A DNA stretch of 63,845 bases, counting the filler, from Lenisia limosa (Eukaryota > Protista > Breviatea), in NCBI GenBank assembly GCA_001655205.1. It is 19 parts of 19 records of this genome, joined end to end, with 100 filler letters (N's around TTAATTAATTAA, not from the genome) between each part and the next. Parts side by side here need not be neighbours in the genome. Positions count along the whole stretch, not along the records: positions 1 to 3,055 come from LPNZ01007644.1; positions 3,156 to 6,161 come from LPNZ01001526.1; positions 6,262 to 7,497 come from LPNZ01003403.1; positions 7,598 to 10,332 come from LPNZ01007437.1; positions 10,433 to 13,091 come from LPNZ01006337.1; 14 more parts are not named here. One strand, written 5' to 3'. The translations under genes and the position numbers were made by a program. The notes under the pieces are model-generated. The model ran no database searches. It was not told the DNA's origin and saw only the letters and a list, made by a program, of their open reading frames with translations. Numbering within the stretch: the stretch's first letter is position 1; every line of letters begins with the position of its first letter. Below, piece after piece: positions 1-10,810 of the stretch.

Positions 1-1
1 C

Positions 2-894
2 ATTTACGTGATAAGCGATGCGAATGGCGTGGTGAAATTCCCGAGGCTTACCGTGGATGCGGCGCAAGGATCAACCTACTCGGTCGGAGGGTTTGGTTGG
101 GTGTGTTATTCATGATGGTCTTTTTTTGTTGTTATTTTGGTCGGGATTAACTTATTCTGGCGGAGGGTTGTTTTGTTTTTCGGTCGGGCAGTGCTTTATT
201 TTTGTAAGTATGATAAGATGAGTACAACGAGTTTCTGGTGATAATCTCAAAATGTTGAAACAAATTTTTCACACGATAATGTCAAATTTTATCAATTATT
301 CATCTTCAATATATCCATTCCCCACAAGTCCTCCTACTTCTTACCTTTTTCAGATCACTTTCAAAGGAGACTTTATTGCGTACACAATGGTACGGAGGGT
401 TTATTACATGCATATGCATATGTTAACCAAATACACTAATGATATGATCATATGGTCGACTTTCAAGTCGAAATGATGAGAATATAACACGAGAGTTTAT
501 CACGAGGGTGCGAGACGAGTCGGTCAATATCATTCGAGTGGATATGATGTAGTATATCCAAGAAATGATATAATATCAACAAATATGAAATACATTTGTT
601 TTTATGGTACGCTGGAGTGATTGGATGCGGTGCTACAGAAGCGACTAGCCTCGTTTATTTTGTTGTTAGCAACCCTCGTGTGTTGTCGGCCAACTGTGTT
701 GATTTGGGCTTTTTTGTTTGATAAATTTCCTTCGTTTTACCCCCCCCCCTCTTCTAGAGCAACCTCGCAGTAGCTCCATGTACCGAACAAAAACCCAACT
801 CAGTAGTGTTCTCTTCTGAGTGTCTTTGCCCCCCTGGTATGCATGAGGTGTTTGGTGATGATAATGATGATGATGTTGAAGATGATGGTGGTGG

Positions 895-939
<45 letters not shown>

Positions 940-2584
940 ATTATGAAAATGATGATGGTGGTGGTGATGATGATGTTAATGATGATGATTCTTATGATGG
1001 TGGTGATGATGATGATAATTATGGAGACATTTATATTTGTTTCAATTCATACGTTAATTCCTCCTTACTCCCTTCTAGGAACGGTCCTAGATACAACAAC
1101 CTCCTCATGTACACAATGTCCCACTGGGTATTACAGGTATGTGTTTTTATTTTAAAAAAAGGTCAGAAATGAAAAGCAAGGTTTCTCATTTCTATATATA
1201 AAATTAACGCTGGAGTGATGGGATGCGGTGCTGCAGAAGCGANNNNNNNNNNNNNNNNNNNNNNNNNNNNNNNNNNNNNNNNNNNNNNNNNNNNNNNNNN
1301 NNNNNNNNNNNNNNNNNNNNNNNNNNNNNNNNNNNNNNNNNNNNNNNNNNNNNNNNNNNNNNNNNNNNNNNNNNNNNNNNNNNNNNNNNNNNNNNNNNNN
1401 NNNNNNNNNNNNNNNNNNNNNNNNNNNNNNNNNNNNTGTATTTCTCGATAAATCCTCGAAAAAATATCGATATTTTACCGGTCTTTTTTGGACCGTAGGG
1501 AAGCTCTGCTCATTACCTCTTAGCATGGACTACGACAGTGCCGAATGCCTAAAGTGCGCAATTCCATACGAAACCACTCCCGGGCCGGGCAGCCTTGTTA
1601 CGGACTGTGCGTGTTTGAGCGGCTTCGAGCAAGTATATAGGGGGAGGGTCTGTGCACCGAGTTGTAAGGCAACTGAGTGGGTACGGTACCAAAAAAAGAT
1701 CGAATCTCTCGATAAATCTTCGATAAATGTCGATTTTTTAACAGTCTTCTTTTGGACCGTAGGGAAGCCCTACCTGTCTGTCTCTCCCAATCATGGAGAG
1801 CGGCTGTCTTGGGCGGTTTGTGTTAAGTTGCTCCTCTGCTTTGATGTTTAAATGATTGTCCGTTTTTTCTCCCATGGAATTGTTTATAAATTTTACTTTT
1901 GTCACTCCACCCAACCCCCAGATTTTAGATAACAACACGCTAAGCTGCATGTGCAGTGCAGGATATGAATTTGTTGCCGAATCGTCTGCGTGCTTCGCGT
2001 GTCCGCAAGGATATTTTTCGTGGGGGTGGTGTATTGTATTCTCTGTGAAGTGGGGTGGGCAAACCATCATATTTCAAGACCCATTTCGCCAGTATCATGA
2101 CAATGGAGAGTAAGGCTTCATTCACTTCGGTTCGAAAATACCGGCTAAATATCGATAGTTTTCGAGGTTTTATCGAGAAATTCAATATTTTTCGAAGCGA
2201 AGTGAAGCTTTAGTGGAGAGTGAACGCACCTCCTCCTCCTCCTCATACAGCAACCACACTTGCAAACAGCTAAACTTGCCTTTGCACCACTCCTTCCTTG
2301 GGCTTCCTTCGGTCCCAAAAAAGACTCAATTTCTCGATAAATCCTCGTCCCAGTGTAACACCACCCCTTATGTAATACTAGAGCTTTTTTAATTCCAAAA
2401 AAGACTGAATTCTCGATAAATCCCCGATAAATATCTATATTTTGTGGAAACCCTAGATAATACCTCCAGGCCAGAGCCATCTCTCTCATCATGCCTCCCG
2501 TGCCTTCCCGAGCAAACCACTATGGCCACTGGAGCGGATGCTGCGACTGAATGCGTCTGTCGTGCGGGCTACTATCCGAGTATC
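2..2584 (+). CDS. Cys-rich GCC2/GCC3 (Ephrin_rec_like) repeat surface protein, partial, 7 exons (2-82, 354-389, 758-836, 1079-1136, 1524-1632, 1922-2019, 2470-2584)
   Basis: Exons join in phase at GT-AG: ...DANGVVKFPRLTVDAAQGSTYS|ITFKGDFIAYTM|SNLAVAPC...ECLCPPG|TVLDTTTSSCTQCPTGYYS|MDYDSAECLKC...|...CFACPQGYFS|PEPSLSSCLPCLPEQTTMATGADAATECVCRAGYY. The CxxCPxGY repeats are typical of the family. Confidence 0.8.
607..757 (+). mobile_element. Repeat family A, full copy from GT to the acceptor AG
   Basis: Starts GTACGCTGGAG and ends CCCCCCCCCTCTTCTAG at the acceptor. Other partial copies: 1208-1242, 2993-3055, 4302-4367, 6067-6161, 7615-7709, 7786-7849, 10560-10610, 15431-15498, 20303-20323, 25208-25248, 25768-25928, 38400-38590, 39180-39270, 48105-48190, 49731-49950, 63418-63477. 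Confidence 0.8.
845..1020. repeat. (GAT)n/(GGT)n microsatellite in an intron
   Basis: Direct inspection; lies between exons 758-836 and 1079-1136. Confidence 0.95.
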
Positions 2585-3055
2585 NNNNNNNNNNNNNNNN
2601 NNNNNNNNNNNNNNNNNNNNNNNNNNNNNNNNNNNNNNNNNNNNNNNNNNNNNNNNNNNNNNNNNNNNNNNNNNNNNNNNNNNNNNNNNNNNNNNNNNNN
2701 NNNNNNNNNNNNNNNNNNNNNNNNNNNNNNNNNNNNNNNNNNNNNNNNNNNNNACTGACAGGTGGGCCTATTCCTACTAGGACCTGCCATTTTTGCTAAC
2801 AGCCGTCTCAAGTTATACTAATATGTGTCTATCGTGTGTGTAAGTTACACTTCGGTGCATCGATTCGGGATTCTTGAGAAAACGTTGGAATTCCCATATT
2901 TTACATGGGAATCCCATGAAATTTTATGGAAATATAAGAAATCTATTGGATTCCCAAATAATACAAGGGAATCCCAAGTCGATGCGCCGCAGTGAGTTGA
3001 TTTGGGTTTTTTTTTGTTTCATAAATTTTCCAATTTTACTTCCCCCCCCCCCCCC

Positions 3056-3155
3056 NNNNNNNNNNNNNNNNNNNNNNNNNNNNNNNNNNNNNNNNNNNNT
3101 TAATTAATTAANNNNNNNNNNNNNNNNNNNNNNNNNNNNNNNNNNNNNNNNNNNN
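3056..3155. other. Artificial contig spacer (first of 18): 44 N + TTAATTAATTAA + 44 N
   Basis: Identical 100-bp structure at 6162, 7498, 10333, 13092, 15145, 17640, 20324, 22178, 25655, 27260, 33089, 36765, 47807, 50882, 58401, 60683 and 62705; provides stops in all six frames. Confidence 0.98.
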
Positions 3156-6066
3156 ACCGCGTGAGCCAGAATGTATCATAAGAACAACCTAAATGGGTTA
3201 AAATATGTAGAAATGGGTCAAAATATGTAGATTAGATTGACAAGTGGTCTGGCCAAAGCCGTAAATGCGTCAACAATCATGAATCATAAGGATAACCTTA
3301 AGTGTTAATCCCCCTCCCACCTGGTTAACGAATGTAATGCCCATGGCTTCTGCTGCCTGTTGATCAAAGATCTCCTCAACAACTTGAACCTCTGCAAAGA
3401 TCAGTGATGGTCTAAAAAATACCGCCTCCCCAGATAATGATTACACCCCCACCCCCAAACCAGCGTAGTGATTTCCAGCTCCCAGGGTGCCGATTTGATT
3501 AAGTCCGCGCTTCTTGGCCCTTTCGCTGACTTTCTTGTGATTGGCTGCGGCCAAACACCCGTTTTCTTCACAATGCTTCAGATCCTGAGGGGATGATAAT
3601 TGACAATTATAAAACAAAAAAAGCCCAAAGTCAACTCTGTTGGCTTGCAAATCATAAGGGTTGAAAACAAAAAAGTTCAAGGCAAGTCGCTTCTCTAGCC
3701 ATCACTCCTGATACCTCAGGCCAGGCCATGTCTTTCTTCAGAGACCACTTCATGCCTTGTTGCTACAAAAGTGAGAACGTTTACACATTACCTATTTGGA
3801 TATAGTCTGTTTTTTTTGAAAAAAAATACAAAGCATACATATAAATTGACCGCTTCCATTTCGGTACAGCCTTCACCAGAGTCACCCCCCCATCATCATC
3901 ATCACAATCAGTCTTCTCACACGTCCTTCAACCATTCCCCATTTAAGATCCTGCTCTTTTCACTGTCACCACAATCCTCTTACCAGCACATCATCAAGGT
4001 CGTCACGGGTGATTTTGATAGCGCCTTGTGAACCAACACCGACGGGAATGTAACGCATGAGGGCCTAAAGATGATTATTGCGGCTTGAATTATTATGTAC
4101 TCAAAGCGGATTATTACGGACTCAAAGCGGATTACGGACTCAAAGTGGATTATTACGGACTCAAATTGGATTATTACGGACTCAAAGTGGATTATGTCTT
4201 GCCTAAGAGGACTTTTCTGGCTAAAAAGAGGGTTAGGTATGGCTTAAAGTGGAATATTCTGAAACGCATATGGCCACAAGAAATACATCCATCCCAGACT
4301 CAATGTTTGTTTACCAGTCAACATAGTTGATTTGGGCTTTTTACTTTCTTACCCCTCCCCCCTCCACCTTAGCCAGGTCGGATTTGAGATGGGCCACGTC
4401 CTTCAGATGCAAGTTGGTGCGGATGAGACGAACTCCTAAAATGTTATTGTTTATAACAATAAACTGCGCAATATTGTTGTTTTTAACGATTAACTGGAGT
4501 ATGTTATTGTTTTTAGCAATAAACTGGAGAATGTTTTATTTAACAATTAATGAATGTCACACACATACTACACAATTAACATAGTCTAACACCACCCCTA
4601 TACCAAGTGCTTCACGTCGGTTCGAAAAAAAAAAACAATTTCTCGATAAATCCTCGAAAACTATCCATATTTTACCGGTCTTTTTCGAACCGAAGTGAAG
4701 CCCTACCCAGAAATATCCTCTTTACCGCAGTTAATATCGAAGCCCACGCCGCCGGGAGAGACAACAGCCGACTTGTCGTCCATGTCGAATGCAGCCACGT
4801 TTCCGATTGCGAAGCCGTAGCCACTGTGGATATCGGGCATTCCCATTGATTGCTAGGGGGGGGGGGNNNNNNNNNNNNNNNNNNNNNNNNNNNNNNNNNN
4901 NNNNNNNNNNNNNNNNNNNNNNNNNNNNNNNNNNNNTAGCCTCCAAACAAAAACAACTGAGCAATAACAAAACACGAGCAACCAATGCTAAAACTAGACA
5001 AAAACCAGATGACAAAAACACAACAAAAATAAAAGTGGGAAATATCATATGATTAATTGGTGTGGAAGCGGGGATATAAGATGATTGTTGAGTGGGTAGT
5101 GGTGGATAAATTTGATATGAGGGATTGCCTTCGCCGCTGTGAATGCCGTGCATACCCCGATTGCGGCAGAAAATGGCTGGAATAGCAAATATTTGTAAAA
5201 ATAATACTATGCCTGTTGGGTATTTAAATGAACAATATCAAACAATCAAAATCAACTTTGTCGTCTGAACTCCCCCACCCCCTTTATTTTTAATCAAACA
5301 CTTTACCATTAACTCTCACCCGTCCACACACCACCAGCTTGCCACCACCCCAAAAATATCAAACGATGCCCTCCCCCCATCCACCTTGACAATGCCTGGG
5401 AGGGACGCAACATTTGCGAGTTGTTTGACTGCGGGGAGGAAGCCGCCACCGTGGGTCTTCTTCGAGTATTGCTCAAGCTCGCTGAATTGGGTAAGTTTAG
5501 TTTCACTCTGAGCCACAAAAAGACTTAAGAAATATTGATATATTCTCAATATTTTGCACCTGAGGAAAGCCCGGGTAAGATCAACCTGACTACTTGGGTA
5601 TGACCGCTGTTGAGAAGATGGATATAAATAGGGCTTCCCTTCGGTCACAAAAAAGAGCGAATCTTCCGATAAATACTCGATAAATATCATATTTACACTG
5701 TTCTTTTCAGACCGTAGGGAAGCCCCAGGTATGATTGATGTTGAATGGATTGACTGAGATAGACAATATCTCTATGGTTTGGGAATTAAGAGCGATGAGA
5801 AAAAAAAAGGTTGTATCTGTCCGAAGCCATTCATACCATCATGCTTATAAGCTCATAAGATATATTACTGACCGTGTTAAGTCATAATACTGATACTGAT
5901 ATTTATCCTTAGGAGTTATCGCTGTCACTTTTTCATAATTCTCCATCATCACCAATCCCCCCCTCCCCCGCCCCCTACTGGTAAATCATTTCAGTGAGGT
6001 CATCATTTGCAAAGAACTTAGCAGGAACTTTCATATTCGGCACAAAACCGGTCTCAATGATGTACT
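3156..6066 (-). CDS. RTCB: tRNA-splicing ligase RtcB, partial (lacks first exon(s) and C-terminal part); 9 exons recovered
   Basis: Spliced translation contains [101 protein letters not shown] and MIHSGSRG, collinear with eukaryotic RtcB. Confidence 0.97.
3585..3714 (-). mobile_element. Repeat family A, whole-intron copy (candidate introner) in RtcB
   Basis: The 130-nt intron aligns end to end with the family consensus GTACGCTGGAGTGATGG...AGAAGCGACTGGCCT...CAACCCTTGTG...GCCAACAGAGTTGATTTTGGGCTTTTTTGTTTCATAAATTTTCCAATTTTACTCCCCCCAG. Confidence 0.75.
4086..4196. repeat. 21-bp minisatellite (GATTATTACGGACTCAAAGTG)n in an RtcB intron
   Basis: About five tandem units. A separate ~30-bp tandem array (ATGTTATTGTTTTTAACAATAAACTGG) lies at 4440-4550. 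Confidence 0.9.
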
Positions 6067-7709
6067 CTAAGGGGGAGTAAAAAAATGGAAAATTAACGCA
6101 ACAAAGAAGCCCACATCAACTCTGTTGGCTGACAACACACAAGGGTTGATAACAACAAAACNNNNNNNNNNNNNNNNNNNNNNNNNNNNNNNNNNNNNNN
6201 NNNNNTTAATTAATTAANNNNNNNNNNNNNNNNNNNNNNNNNNNNNNNNNNNNNNNNNNNNTCACTTGATTATTATGTAGGAAAAGTTTTGTATATGGCA
6301 ATTTTTGGCCATTGCCCTTAAGGTATGACATTTTTTATTTTCTGTCGGGTAGTATATGATTGCTCATATTCCCTCGGCACATGGCATGGGGCATTTTCTT
6401 GGTTGTTTTGCGGAGGTTCCTTGGTTCTCACTCGGCTATGCCTCGTAAATCAACCTCAAAAATGCACCCATGCTATATTTTATCAGATTCACATGTGATT
6501 TTCTCATATTTCTCCTCCTTTCTCCCCCCCCCCTACTTTACTCCCACTATCCCCTTTGTCTCATCAGGATCTTTAGTTATCTGAGCTTTAATTTAAAAAT
6601 GATGGTTTGAGAAAAAATATGACGAAATATTCGAAAAATATGATAAAATCCACAGTAATAAATGACGTTCTAAAAATTCCCATGTATATATGATATCGAT
6701 ATGATACGTATATGTACACCTCATAGCGAAATGATTAATATTTTTTGTGTTGTATGATATGTATTTTTTGCTATTTTAGCTCCATCAAATGTTTATAAAG
6801 TAGTAACATTCTAGTCATCAAATGTTTATAAAGTAGTAACATTCTAGTCATCAAATTTGGACAACCTTGATGGGGAAGTCAATTGATATTTTGTTTCTTC
6901 AACCAAGATTGGAATGGTACATTATGACGTGTCACAGTTCCTGCTCTGACCACCTTTTGCTTTCATTACGTTTGCTATACTCTCTCAAAAATGCAGTTAT
7001 AATAAATTTTTTGGGCAGTTAGTCTAGAGACAGCCCTCAAAAGGCTTTTTCTCCCCCACAAAATACTTCTAGTTTAGCTTTTGGAGAATAAAAGGAGATG
7101 AGCTGCCTGTCTGAGTATACATGTATATATCATATATGCTACCGACACTAAACCCAATTTTACCCGATTGTTTATAAATTTCCATTTTCCGTCTTTTTTT
7201 CTTGCTTTCTATATCTCAAAAATATGGCAAAACATTGAAAATAGTACAAAATAACCATAAANNNNNNNNNNNNNNNNNNNNNNNNNNNNNNNNNNNNNNN
7301 NNNNNNNNNNNNNNNNNNNNNNNNNNNNNNNNNNATTTCTTAGTTGGTTTCTTCTTTTTCACAAAAATTTTCCCCATCTTATTCTTTCTCAATTTTCTTT
7401 TCCTTTTAAGCTTTCTCTTTCTCAATTTTCTTCTTCCTTTCAGCTTTCTCTTTCTCAATTTTCTTCTTCTTTTCAGCTTTCTCTTTCTCAATTTTCTNNN
7501 NNNNNNNNNNNNNNNNNNNNNNNNNNNNNNNNNNNNNNNNNTTAATTAATTAANNNNNNNNNNNNNNNNNNNNNNNNNNNNNNNNNNNNNNNNNNNNCCC
7601 CCCCCCTAGAGGTGATTGTTTTTTGTCAACCTTTGTTTCCAACCCTCGTGCCAAAAGATAATTCTGGAGTTTTTTTTATTACAATTTCATAAATATTCAC
7701 CCCTCTCAC

Positions 7710-9848
7710 CCGAGAAGCGGTGCGTATGCAAGCACTAAAGCAAGGAGAAGTGACCACACAAAGGCGAGAATGATCCGATGGGGGGCTGGGGAGAGGGGTG
7801 TGTAAAATTGGTAAATTTGTGAAACAAAAAACCCCAAATAGACTCTGTTNNNNNNNNNNNNNNNNNNNNNNNNNNNNNNNNNNNNNNNNNNNNNNNNNNN
7901 NNNNNNNNNNNNNNNNNNNNNNNNNNNNNNNNNNNNNNNNNNNNNNNNNNNNNNNNNNNNNNNNNNNNNNNNNNNNNNNNNNNNNNNNNNNNNNNNNNNN
8001 NNNNNNNNNNNNNNNNNNNNNNNNNNNNNNNNNNNNNNNNNNNNNNNNNNNNNNNNNNNNNNAAAAGGGGAGATACTATACCTCAATGATGAAGAGAAAA
8101 TATGATAGGTTTTTTTGAAACAAGAGAAATAATTGATAGGGTGATTTAACACAAAATATTATTTTCATAAAGAGCCTGGAATAGGGGAGAGTATGGATTA
8201 ATGCCTGGTATAAATAATATTATATAATATGTATATTACATATATGTATAGTCAAAGCTCCGGACATCATTCAAAATTCCCGGATACATCAAAACTCCCA
8301 GCTTGAGTTTTCCATAAAAAATCACCATAAACCACCCAGAAACCCTATTTCCCTTCTGTTTTTGAAAGTAGTCTCAATCTTAATCAAATAATGAAACCCA
8401 ATTTAACATATTATCGGGTCAAAACCAAATTAAGTCCCTAAGCTCTCTATTTACGGTCCAAAAACGGTCAAAAACAAGCAAAAACCGTTATAAAAGGCCA
8501 CATTCAAGGAATAAATGGCAACTATCCGGGAAAGTTTACCCCTGTAGACAGTGCTATTTTTGGCATTTTCCCCTCAAAATTCACCATTACATAGCCAAAG
8601 CAAATGGGAACCCGGAACCAATTACTCCGAGGGGTACAAATTTTTGTTTCTTAACACTAAAAGAGGGTAAGATTCAGAAAAAAATCCTGTTAAAAGGCAA
8701 AAGGGGCCCCGGGAGACCAAATTCACGGATTTTTGACATTTGCTCAAAATTGAAAAAAAAAGTTAGAGAAACATTAGGAGGTCCATTTCTCTATGTATCT
8801 GTCGAAGCATTTTTTCAAAAAACACTAGCAATGGCCTATACAAGGTGTCAACTTCAAGCTGTCCGGGAGTTTTGATGTGTCCGGGAATTTTGAATGATGT
8901 CCGGAGCTTTGAGGACCCACATATATATCATATATATATATCATATGTATAACGAACGATATGCACAATGTATTGTGAGCAACCCACATTTAATAGGTAC
9001 ATTTGCCCATAGGAACGGAATCTGGATGCATGCTACTGCCATAATCGTCTGGGTCAGGCCACCTGTAAAACGTCAAAAGACCATTACGGTTCAGAAGTTA
9101 TTTTATAATTTTAAAGTTTAAAATATATCATATCATATCATATACAATATAATATACAGTAATGAGAAATAAAAAATAAGGTTGTAAGTGACAGAATCCC
9201 GTGGCGATTATACTTATTGGCCATTGCCCCTTCATAAAAAGTTTCACTCTAATATCAAGCTCAATATCTTGGAACTATTGCCAAACCGAGCCCAAAACAC
9301 CGCCGCCCACTCAAATCGCTGGTGTCAGGAATGTTGGGGTTATGGACTTGGAACATTTCTGACTTGGTCGACTCAATACCGGCAACCTTATGGCGTGTAA
9401 GTGGCGTGTAAGTGGNNNNNNNNNNNNNNNNNNNNNNNNNNNNNNNNNNNNNNNNNNNNNNNNNNNNNNNNNNNNNNNNNNNNNNNNNNNNNNNNNNNNN
9501 NNNNNNNNNNNNNNNNNNNNNNNNNNNNNNNNNNNNNNNNNNNNNNNNNNNNAATCCTCAAACTCACCACGAAAGAGAGCCGGTAGTATCCTGAGAATCC
9601 GGATCGGAATCTACAACCATGAAAACAATCCGAACTAATAAAAATCACAAAAAAGCATACAAAATAAAGTGAATATTAATAACAAATAAAAAAGGTTCTA
9701 AGAAAAAGTGAAGAATGTAGGGGAATCATATAAAAGTTAACATCACTACCCACCTTAAATCAGTGAATTTAACTTCACCTTGGTGGGTTACTAGAGTTTC
9801 ATCCGCACTGTAGTGGAGGGAGGCTCCAGATAACTCCCAGGCGTCATT
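7710..9848 (-). CDS. Large multipass membrane protein with Ig-like extracellular repeat, partial (exons 9848-9754, 9610-9568, 9386-9311, ~9065-8988, 7785-7710)
   Basis: In-phase splice THQGEVKFTDLR|FRSGFSGYYRLSFV|VAGIESTKSEMFQVHNPNIPDTSDLS|GLTQTIMAVACIQIPFLWANVPIK, then a hydrophobic exon IILAFVWSLLLALVLAYAPLL. No family name assigned. Confidence 0.55.
8249..8912. mobile_element. Non-autonomous Tc1-like TIR element (~660 bp)
   Basis: Left TIR TAGTCAAAGCTCCGGACATCATTCAAAATTCCCGG, right TIR CCGGGAATTTTGAATGATGTCCGGAGCTTTGA; interior nearly identical to 24091-24547. Confidence 0.85.
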
Positions 9849-10810
9849 CTAAAAAGATATTAAAGCAGGAGATTGTTAGGGCTTCACTTCGGTTAGAAAA
9901 AAGACTGAATTTCTCGATAAATCCTCGAAAACAATCGATATTTTACTGAGTTTTTTTGAACCGAAGTGAAGCCCTAGATCTTATGTTATAGAGTTATACT
10001 GTATATCATGATATAACTACAACGTATGATATGATAGTACACAAATAATATCAAGGACATCTTCACATAATTAATATTATCTACATTTGTTACTACATAT
10101 CGATATATCGATAAAAAAATTGTGACCGGAATAAGTCTTGACCGATTGGCTATGAGATTTCCTAAGGAATATCGGTCAAGGACTGACTTGTCCCGGTCAC
10201 TGTATACATAAGATCTAGGACACTGTGCAATTAATTTTTTTAAGAAATTAATTGACAAAATTTGAAATTAAAGTGTCTGAAACTGCGTTCCCATTACAAT
10301 AGGTCGCACTTCAAATATTACAATTATTTTTTNNNNNNNNNNNNNNNNNNNNNNNNNNNNNNNNNNNNNNNNNNNNTTAATTAATTAANNNNNNNNNNNN
10401 NNNNNNNNNNNNNNNNNNNNNNNNNNNNNNNNTAGGGGAGGGGGGTGATGATCGAGTATAGGGTGGCTAGGCTTGTTGGTTTGAATCTAAGTGTGTTTGT
10501 GAAGTCCTGTTTTTGTCGTTTTCTTCTAGTTTCAATAGAGCCTTAACTACAAATGTTGCTAACCAACAAAGTTGATTTTGGGCTCTTTTTTTTAATCCAC
10601 ATACCCCCCTCCCTCGCTATTATTCTACATATTTCCTTCGATTTGCTTCCCCCTCCCCCCAACTCACACAATTAGGACTTCCCTTCGGTTCGAAGAAGAC
10701 CGGTAAAATATCGATAGTTTTCGAGGATTTATCTAGAAATTCAGTCTTTTTTCGAACCGAAGTGAAGACGAGACACAATTTGCACATCACCCCATATCAT
10801 CATTCTTTAG

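Noticed and set aside
607-660. Family A as a tRNA-derived SINE
   Set aside because: No GTTCRA B-box, cloverleaf or A-rich tail visible; not fully excluded without a covariance search.
843-1172. Poly-Met/poly-Asp ORFs
   Set aside because: Translations of an intronic (GAT)n microsatellite; only 1079-1136 is a real exon.
1243-1435. Internal N runs as hidden elements
   Set aside because: No sequence to assess; they are gaps or masking, often starting at G/C/T homopolymers.
2111-2212. Palindromic ~100-bp repeats as CRISPR repeats or bacterial REP elements
   Set aside because: Dispersed in eukaryotic introns, no spacers or cas genes, and 8-bp TSDs indicate hAT MITEs.
3100-3111. Regularly recurring TTAATTAATTAA palindrome, superficially a repeat array or regulatory site
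   Set aside because: Always centred in exactly 88 N; it is a six-frame-stop contig linker, not biology.
7202-7549. Lys/Arg-rich and Phe/Leu-rich ORFs
   Set aside because: Products of a pyrimidine-rich tandem repeat next to gaps.
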